Positions 58,365 to 64,000 of a stretch of DNA of 64,000 bases are shown here, piece after piece. Made by a program: the position numbers and the translations under genes. Under the pieces are notes generated by a model. It did not search any database and was not told the DNA's origin. It worked only from the letters and a program-made list of their open reading frames with translations. How positions within the stretch are numbered: position 1 is the stretch's first letter; each line of letters starts with the position of its first letter. This stretch comes from an uncultured Gammaproteobacteria bacterium. Its GTDB lineage: Bacteria; Patescibacteriota; Microgenomatia; JALYQM01. The DNA lies in contig CAYOFQ010000001.1 of the NCBI GenBank assembly GCA_964403585.1, forward strand, positions 140,456-204,455, written 5' to 3'.

Positions 58365-61300
58365 ATGGCATCCTATAAAACTCGAACTAAAAAATCATTT
58401 TTAAAAAGTAATTCCTTCCTGTACATTTCCGGTGTCGTGGCTTCGTTCGCCATCCTGTGTGCAATACTCTCTGCTTTTAACGTTTTTAATGTGCGCAGTA
58501 GTGTCCTCGGGTGGTGGGGTACAAGTCGTGTCGATACTTTGTATTTGCCCCAGGGGAATCGCAATTTCACCGGCGGAAGTGTCATTTCCATGAATTCCAC
58601 CGAGGAACCGGCAATAACGATCGCCGATAGCCCGGACTATAGCAGCAAATCTCCAAGCCCGGCACCGACTAGTGTTACCATCGATGTTTATGAAACCGAC
58701 GCTAACTTTTTACTGAAATATTTAACCCATGATAAAGACTCAAACCAGGTCAATAAGACCTTTGACGTAAGTCAGCTTAATCGGACAGCCAATTTTACTC
58801 ACGATTTAACCAAAGGCTCACGGGTAGTACTCCCTTTGGGCGAAAAAGGAATATTTTTCATCAGAGCGACAGCAGGAAGTATCTTTCATGATGCCATGAT
58901 CGTTCGTTCAAATTTTGGTGTTACGGTGAAAGATGGTAAAAATGAATTCATTTTTTGGGGACAGAACTACAAAACGAAACGAAGTATCTCCTCAGGGACA
59001 GTTAAAATATACAACCTTAAAGAGCAAGTCACGGTAACGTCCAGCGGAACTTTTGACAGTTCGGGAATAGCCAAGGCCGATATTGTGCCTGATGCCGATG
59101 TTGCTTTAGCCGAAGTGGATGGGGAGTACGCTCTCATTCCCATAAACATGCAGTATCTCAACCTCAATTATAATTACATTTCGTATTCCAAGAGTACCAA
59201 TAACACCAAATATTTTGTTTTTACCGATCGTCCGTTATACCGGCCGGGTGATTCGGTTAACTTCAAAGCCATCCTGCGTGAAGATGACGACGCGATCTAT
59301 TCCATCCCCACTGGAACAGCCCGGGTCAGAATCTATCGTGGATACGATGAGAACAATACCATCTACGATAAAAACTTCCCCATTGATAACGGTGCTGTCT
59401 TTGGCGAAATCAAACTTCCCGCCGATGCCCGCACCGGAGATTATCTGATGAAAGTTAGCTTCAATAATCAGGATGATGACTTTTACCAAAACACCACAGC
59501 CTTCCAGATAGAGTACTTCAAGAAGCCTGAATATTTCCTCGATATCGAAGCACCGCAATCTCAACTTATTCAGGGTGATTCGCTCTCGTTCACCGTCAAG
59601 GGCTCCTTTTTCTCAGGACAACCATTGAACAAAGAAAAAATTTCCTATCAGATCAACACCTCCGATTACTGGGATTACAGTTATTACACCGATCAATCAA
59701 TTTTCCTGAACGATGATTACCGCTACGGGTACTTCAGCGGCAAAAAACTCATGAATGAAGAAGTCTTATTGGACGACCGTGGCGAAGCCAAGGTAACACT
59801 CTCAACCAAAGGCAAAAATAATCCCAGTAAGAGTAATATATATTCAATTGAGGCAAGTTTAACCAATAAGTCACTTGCCCCGGCTTTCGCGCGCAAGAAT
59901 GTGCTGGTCTATGCAGGTGAATTTGGGATATATCGTACAGAATATCAGTGGAGTAGTGAAGTAAATAAACCGGTGGCGATGCCATTAATGCTGGCTAAAC
60001 GAATCAGCAATGCCTCGGTCGGCAATAAGACACTCAAAGCAACAGTTAAGCGCGACGCCTGGATTCCGTACCAGGAGCCAAACAAAAAATATCTTTCCTA
60101 TCGTCACGAGACCGAAGATCTTCCTGCTATCCAGGCAACAACATCCCCCGACGGCAAAGCACAACTCAATTTCATTCCAACTAAGCCTGGTTCATATACG
60201 TTTGTCGTAACAACACAGGATAGTAGGGGAAACCAAATCAGCAACACTTTTTATCAGTACATCACCAAGGAAGGTGAACCGACGTATCGTGGCGACTACG
60301 GTTCTTCTGCACCAAAGCTCAGCCTGAGTCAGGACAAGGAACAGTATCGTCCAAGTGATGCGTTACGCTTAACAATCAATTCCGAAGTACCAGATCGGGA
60401 CGTACTACTAACATTCCAGCGTAATTATGTACACAGATATCAGGTGGTGAGAGTCGACGGTAAGTCTAAAGTAGTCGACATCCCGCTCCAGAACGATGAT
60501 CTCCCTAACTTTTATCTTCAGGCAATGAGCTTTGATCAGCATGAATTGGATCGGGACAATATTAATATCAAAATGGATACCATTATTAAAAAGATCAATG
60601 TCAAAGTGACTCCGGAACGGGGAACGTATGGCCCGGGTGATACGGCGACTGTCATGGTTGAAACCACCGACTATACGGGCTCGCCAATTCCTGCCGAAAC
60701 CGCTCTGTGGAGTGTTGATAAAGCCATCTTCGAATTGACTGAAAACAATCTGGGCGACATTCATAGCCAATTCTGGGCGGAACGATATGATGGCACACGA
60801 CTGAATCATTCACTTGAGGGCATCGAAAGTGAGCCGTTTGGTGGGGGCGGGGGCTGCTTCGTTGCGGGAACAAAAATTCTCATGGGTGACGGTTCTACTA
60901 AAAATATCGAAGACGTTAAAGTAGGCGACGTTATTCTTACTAAAGCCGGTCGCGGCGATAGTCAGTTGGTTAAAGCACGGGTTGCCGATGTGCATCAGGC
61001 CCGGGAAAGCGATCTTATTATTTTAAACGGATCGTTACAGTTGACTGGTAATCACATTTTATCGGTCAATAACACCTGGAAACCCGCACAGGAAGTAACT
61101 ATAGGTGATGAGTTGATTCTATCCAACGGAAAAAAACAAACCGTTACCTCCATTGAATACCAGCGCGGCGAACAGGATGTCTATAATCTGGAAATCGAAA
61201 AATACCATACATTCTTTGCTAATAACTTTTGGGTCCATAATCAAAAAGGCGGCGAGCCGTTGGCCCGTGGAGTCTTTAAGGACGTGGCCTATTGGAACCC

Positions 61301-63539
61301 GCGTGTATATACCGACAGCACCGGCCGTGCTAAGGTAAGTTTCAAAATTCCGGATAATCTCACTACCTGGGTCGTTGCCGCAGTCAGTAATACGTCTGAT
61401 ACCAAAGTAGGACAAACAACAGCCGAAATTAAGGTTTCCAAGGATATCGTCATGCGGCCGATCCTGCCCAATGTCTTTAAGGCAGGTGACGAAATAATCG
61501 TTGGTGCGTTCGTTGAAAACTTTACCGACAATCAGCAGACTGTCGATTTGGACCTCGCTTTCGATTCTGGTACAGTGCAACAATCTGCGTTTTCCGCCCA
61601 GGTAATTCCTGCGCATGATCGTAAAGAGTTTACTTGGAAACTCAAACCGGAAAAGGAAAACAAAAAAGCAAAACTGACATTTTCAGCCAAAAATACTCAG
61701 GATAAAAAACTGAGCGACACGATAATTAGTGAAATACCGGTGTACTCATTTGGTTTCATGGAGAAAACGTCCCAGGTCGCCGACGGTGCAACTACCTTTA
61801 ACACCAATCTTGCCCCGGATCTCAACAAAGAGAAATCTGCCTTGACGCTCTCAATCGCACCATCATTACTGCAGACATTACCAACTTCGGCTAAGTATCT
61901 CATTGAATACCCGTATGGATGTGTCGAACAAACAACCAGCAGATTCGCCCCGGCAGTAATAGCGAAATCCAATCCGGAATTGTTTGCTGAAGCGATGCAA
62001 GGCAAAGACGTGAACGACATGATCCAGAAAGGCGTTGCCCGGCTTGAACAATTGCAGCTGCCATCAGGTGGCTGGAGTTGGTGGTTTGACGCCAAACCGG
62101 ATTATTTTGTTACCGGGTATGTCGTTGAATACCTGATGCAAGCTCAGAAATTAGGCATTACAGTCCCACCGGAAATGCTCTCCAGTGCCAAATACTTTTT
62201 AGAGCGTGATGATGTAAGTTATTATGACCCGAACCTCGGAAAATACCAGGATGTTACTCCAACACTGGAAACTACTATCCTTAAGACCTATGCCTTGACG
62301 ATGATTCAGTCACCAAAGGCTAAAAAAGAAATTACTATGTTTGCCGGGCTAACTCCGGATCTGGTTGCCATTGCAACACTGACCAATGCCTTAAATGGGT
62401 ATACTGAACCCAATAAACATGGACTAACGCATCTTATTAGTATGGCCAAACCGCAGGGTGATGCGTTGTATTGGGAAGGAGGAAATGAGGTTCACTTCGG
62501 TTCCAAGAACGCTACTACCGCACTTGCTATCCGTGCCATTCTTACTGCTAAAGGAGATAGTACGACTGCCACTAAAGCGATCAGATATTTAACCCGCAGC
62601 CGTGAATCATACTACTGGTCAAATACCTTTGCGACAGCCCAGGTTCTGCGCACTATTTCGGAATTCTCACAGTACGAAAATGCCGGTAGCCCTAATTATT
62701 CGTATACGGTGCTGGCCGACGGCAAAGAAATAAGTAAAGGCCAGGTAACCCGGGCCAACCAGAAAATCAAAGATATTACTATCCCGTTAACCGGTAATCC
62801 GCCCAAAATAACCGTGCAGAAACAAGGTGAAGGCGCACTCTATTCGACCCTACTTGCCGAACAATACCACACCGACAAAAAGAGTGCTGCCGTACAGCAC
62901 CCTTTACGGGTCACCAGGCAATATTACAATGACACTAACCCCGGCTATTCATTTAAACCGGGTGATGTTGCTATCATCAGCCTTTCAGTCTCAGGATTAA
63001 CTGCCGATGATAACTACGCCGTTATCCAGGATGAACTTCCTTCCGGAATGGTACCGATTAATGAACGCTTTAAGAACGAACAGTCAAGTAACGACTACAG
63101 TGGATATTATTACTATCCGTTTTACAATACCGATCGTGAATATACCGAAAACGGCGTGATACTTACTGCGTACCACGTCTATTCCGGCACTAATACGTAT
63201 TCATACAAAGCCAGAGTCGTGAGTGAAGGGACATTTGCGGTTCCTCCGGCCACTGCTTCGCTTATGTATGCTCCGGAAGTATCAGGTCGCTCCGGTGCCG
63301 AGGTTGTTAAGATTAGCAAAGATGTCCAAAAAGTCAGTGAAACACCCATCTGGCAGGATATTGGTAATCACATAGCTAAAAGTAACCTCTCACCACAAGT
63401 AAAAACCGCGATTGCTTTTGGTGGAAGTATCGCTATTGCCGCGCTGCTTGGTTTAGCAATAAAACTGAACTGGAATACCACCAAAGCAATTTTTAATTCA
63501 ATCAAAAAAAGAATCAAGCCGCAGCCTAAACAGGAGTAA
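58365..63539 (+). CDS. Bacterial alpha-2-macroglobulin family protein with an N-terminal signal-anchor, a C-terminal TM anchor, and a Hint domain inserted at the bait-region position
   Basis: MG-domain motif FVFTDRPLYRPGDSVNFKA. A2M-domain start RGVFKDVAYWNPRVYTD...DNLTTWVVAAVS. Thioester YPYGCVEQ (61920-61931). C-terminal MYAPEVSGRSGAEV. 1724 aa. Confidence 0.8.
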   Translation: MASYKTRTKKSFLKSNSFLYISGVVASFAILCAILSAFNVFNVRSSVLGWWGTSRVDTLYLPQGNRNFTGGSVISMNSTEEPAITIADSPDYSSKSPSPAPTSVTIDVYETDANFLLKYLTHDKDSNQVNKTFDVSQLNRTANFTHDLTKGSRVVLPLGEKGIFFIRATAGSIFHDAMIVRSNFGVTVKDGKNEFIFWGQNYKTKRSISSGTVKIYNLKEQVTVTSSGTFDSSGIAKADIVPDADVALAEVDGEYALIPINMQYLNLNYNYISYSKSTNNTKYFVFTDRPLYRPGDSVNFKAILREDDDAIYSIPTGTARVRIYRGYDENNTIYDKNFPIDNGAVFGEIKLPADARTGDYLMKVSFNNQDDDFYQNTTAFQIEYFKKPEYFLDIEAPQSQLIQGDSLSFTVKGSFFSGQPLNKEKISYQINTSDYWDYSYYTDQSIFLNDDYRYGYFSGKKLMNEEVLLDDRGEAKVTLSTKGKNNPSKSNIYSIEASLTNKSLAPAFARKNVLVYAGEFGIYRTEYQWSSEVNKPVAMPLMLAKRISNASVGNKTLKATVKRDAWIPYQEPNKKYLSYRHETEDLPAIQATTSPDGKAQLNFIPTKPGSYTFVVTTQDSRGNQISNTFYQYITKEGEPTYRGDYGSSAPKLSLSQDKEQYRPSDALRLTINSEVPDRDVLLTFQRNYVHRYQVVRVDGKSKVVDIPLQNDDLPNFYLQAMSFDQHELDRDNINIKMDTIIKKINVKVTPERGTYGPGDTATVMVETTDYTGSPIPAETALWSVDKAIFELTENNLGDIHSQFWAERYDGTRLNHSLEGIESEPFGGGGGCFVAGTKILMGDGSTKNIEDVKVGDVILTKAGRGDSQLVKARVADVHQARESDLIILNGSLQLTGNHILSVNNTWKPAQEVTIGDELILSNGKKQTVTSIEYQRGEQDVYNLEIEKYHTFFANNFWVHNQKGGEPLARGVFKDVAYWNPRVYTDSTGRAKVSFKIPDNLTTWVVAAVSNTSDTKVGQTTAEIKVSKDIVMRPILPNVFKAGDEIIVGAFVENFTDNQQTVDLDLAFDSGTVQQSAFSAQVIPAHDRKEFTWKLKPEKENKKAKLTFSAKNTQDKKLSDTIISEIPVYSFGFMEKTSQVADGATTFNTNLAPDLNKEKSALTLSIAPSLLQTLPTSAKYLIEYPYGCVEQTTSRFAPAVIAKSNPELFAEAMQGKDVNDMIQKGVARLEQLQLPSGGWSWWFDAKPDYFVTGYVVEYLMQAQKLGITVPPEMLSSAKYFLERDDVSYYDPNLGKYQDVTPTLETTILKTYALTMIQSPKAKKEITMFAGLTPDLVAIATLTNALNGYTEPNKHGLTHLISMAKPQGDALYWEGGNEVHFGSKNATTALAIRAILTAKGDSTTATKAIRYLTRSRESYYWSNTFATAQVLRTISEFSQYENAGSPNYSYTVLADGKEISKGQVTRANQKIKDITIPLTGNPPKITVQKQGEGALYSTLLAEQYHTDKKSAAVQHPLRVTRQYYNDTNPGYSFKPGDVAIISLSVSGLTADDNYAVIQDELPSGMVPINERFKNEQSSNDYSGYYYYPFYNTDREYTENGVILTAYHVYSGTNTYSYKARVVSEGTFAVPPATASLMYAPEVSGRSGAEVVKISKDVQKVSETPIWQDIGNHIAKSNLSPQVKTAIAFGGSIAIAALLGLAIKLNWNTTKAIFNSIKKRIKPQPKQE
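60855..61241 (+). other. Hint / mini-intein-like (BIL-type) self-processing domain embedded in the A2M
   Basis: Block A CFVAGTKILMGDG preceded by GGGGG, block B LTGNH, blocks F/G VYNLEIEKYHTFFANNFWVHN. 129 aa with no endonuclease domain. The +1 residue is Gln, not Cys/Ser/Thr. Confidence 0.7.
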
Positions 63540-63545
63540 CTAAAA

Positions 63546-64000
63546 TTAGATTGAGTTAATATAAACTTCCATCGCCCGTTTGGTTTCTTCAAGAAGAGCG
63601 TTATATTCCTCTTGTTGCAAATCGGAGAAAACCGACGACGACATAAAAAACGAACGAATCATGCCAAGCACCACATAACAAATGATAGTCCGCCGGTCCT
63701 CGGAAAGATTCGGATGCTCTTTGGCAATGCGCTGCGATAGCACACCCATAAATTCCTTGTCCATCTCACGGGAAACCACCGCCAGTTCATTATTCATGTG
63801 TACACCAAGGAGCATCTGCTTGAATCCTTTATGGCTATTCCGGAACTCAATCAGTATATCTATAATCAATGAAATCCAGGGCATCAGCGCCATCGCCTCG
63901 GCGTTAGCGGGGAGGCGTTCATCAAAATAAACCAGCAATTTGCGTAAATAACTCTTAGTTAAGGAATGCAGGAGTGCGTCTTTATTGGGAAAATATTGGT
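63546..64000 (-). CDS. TetR/AcrR-family transcriptional regulator, N-terminal HTH beyond the window end
   Basis: The frame is open to the window edge. ...FPNKDALLHSLTKSYL... is typical of the end of a TetR N-domain, followed by a helical ligand domain. The M at 63938 in the ORF track is only a TTG. Confidence 0.45.
   Translation of the reverse strand, partial: QYFPNKDALLHSLTKSYLRKLLVYFDERLPANAEAMALMPWISLIIDILIEFRNSHKGFKQMLLGVHMNNELAVVSREMDKEFMGVLSQRIAKEHPNLSEDRRTIICYVVLGMIRSFFMSSSVFSDLQQEEYNALLEETKRAMEVYINSI

Noticed and set aside
60855-61241. Canonical (splicing) mini-intein in the A2M gene
   Set aside because: All the Hint blocks are present, but the residue following the terminal His-Asn is Gln (caa) rather than Cys/Ser/Thr, so standard trans-esterification and splicing cannot occur. 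It is therefore called a BIL/Hint autoprocessing domain instead.

Overview
This 64 kb window is about 90% coding and reads like a fragment of a small-genome monoderm bacterium. The style resembles Patescibacteria/CPR, but that is an inference from gene content, not a database hit. No rRNA, tRNA, CRISPR array or transposase/integrase genes were found. Five things stand out.

(1) Two adjacent giant Ser/Thr-rich Kelch beta-propeller surface proteins lie at 1-5842. They are probably one frameshifted gene, and the second ends in an exosortase-type tripartite C-terminal signal.

(2) Lipid-carrier-dependent GT-C glycosyltransferases are heavily concentrated here: 4 YfhO, 2 DUF2723/TMEM260-like, 2 PMT_2/GT39-like, plus a GT2 and a GT4. 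Together they look like a cell-surface or protein O-glycosylation island.

(3) A 1724-aa membrane-anchored alpha-2-macroglobulin (MG domains, CVEQ thioester) has a complete 129-aa Hint/mini-intein-like domain (60855-61241) where the bait region should be, immediately before the conserved A2M-domain start. The residue after the terminal HN is Gln, so this is a BIL-type self-processing domain rather than a canonical splicing intein.

(4) A T-box leader with a sigma70-like promoter, a 17/19 match to the T-box consensus carrying a UGGG bulge, and an intrinsic terminator sits upstream of a DapF-like-hisS operon.

(5) Six Nudix genes (seven domains) are present. Three sit in one tightly packed hydrolase operon with CYTH, HAD, peptidase S51 and AlkD-like genes.

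Other content includes HU, an RRM glycine-rich RNA-binding protein, Hsp20, CsbD, a K+ channel, VIT, a desaturase, a VanY-like peptidase, a short exosortase-like protein, a DUF360 holin-like protein and a Cys-rich metallothionein-like protein.
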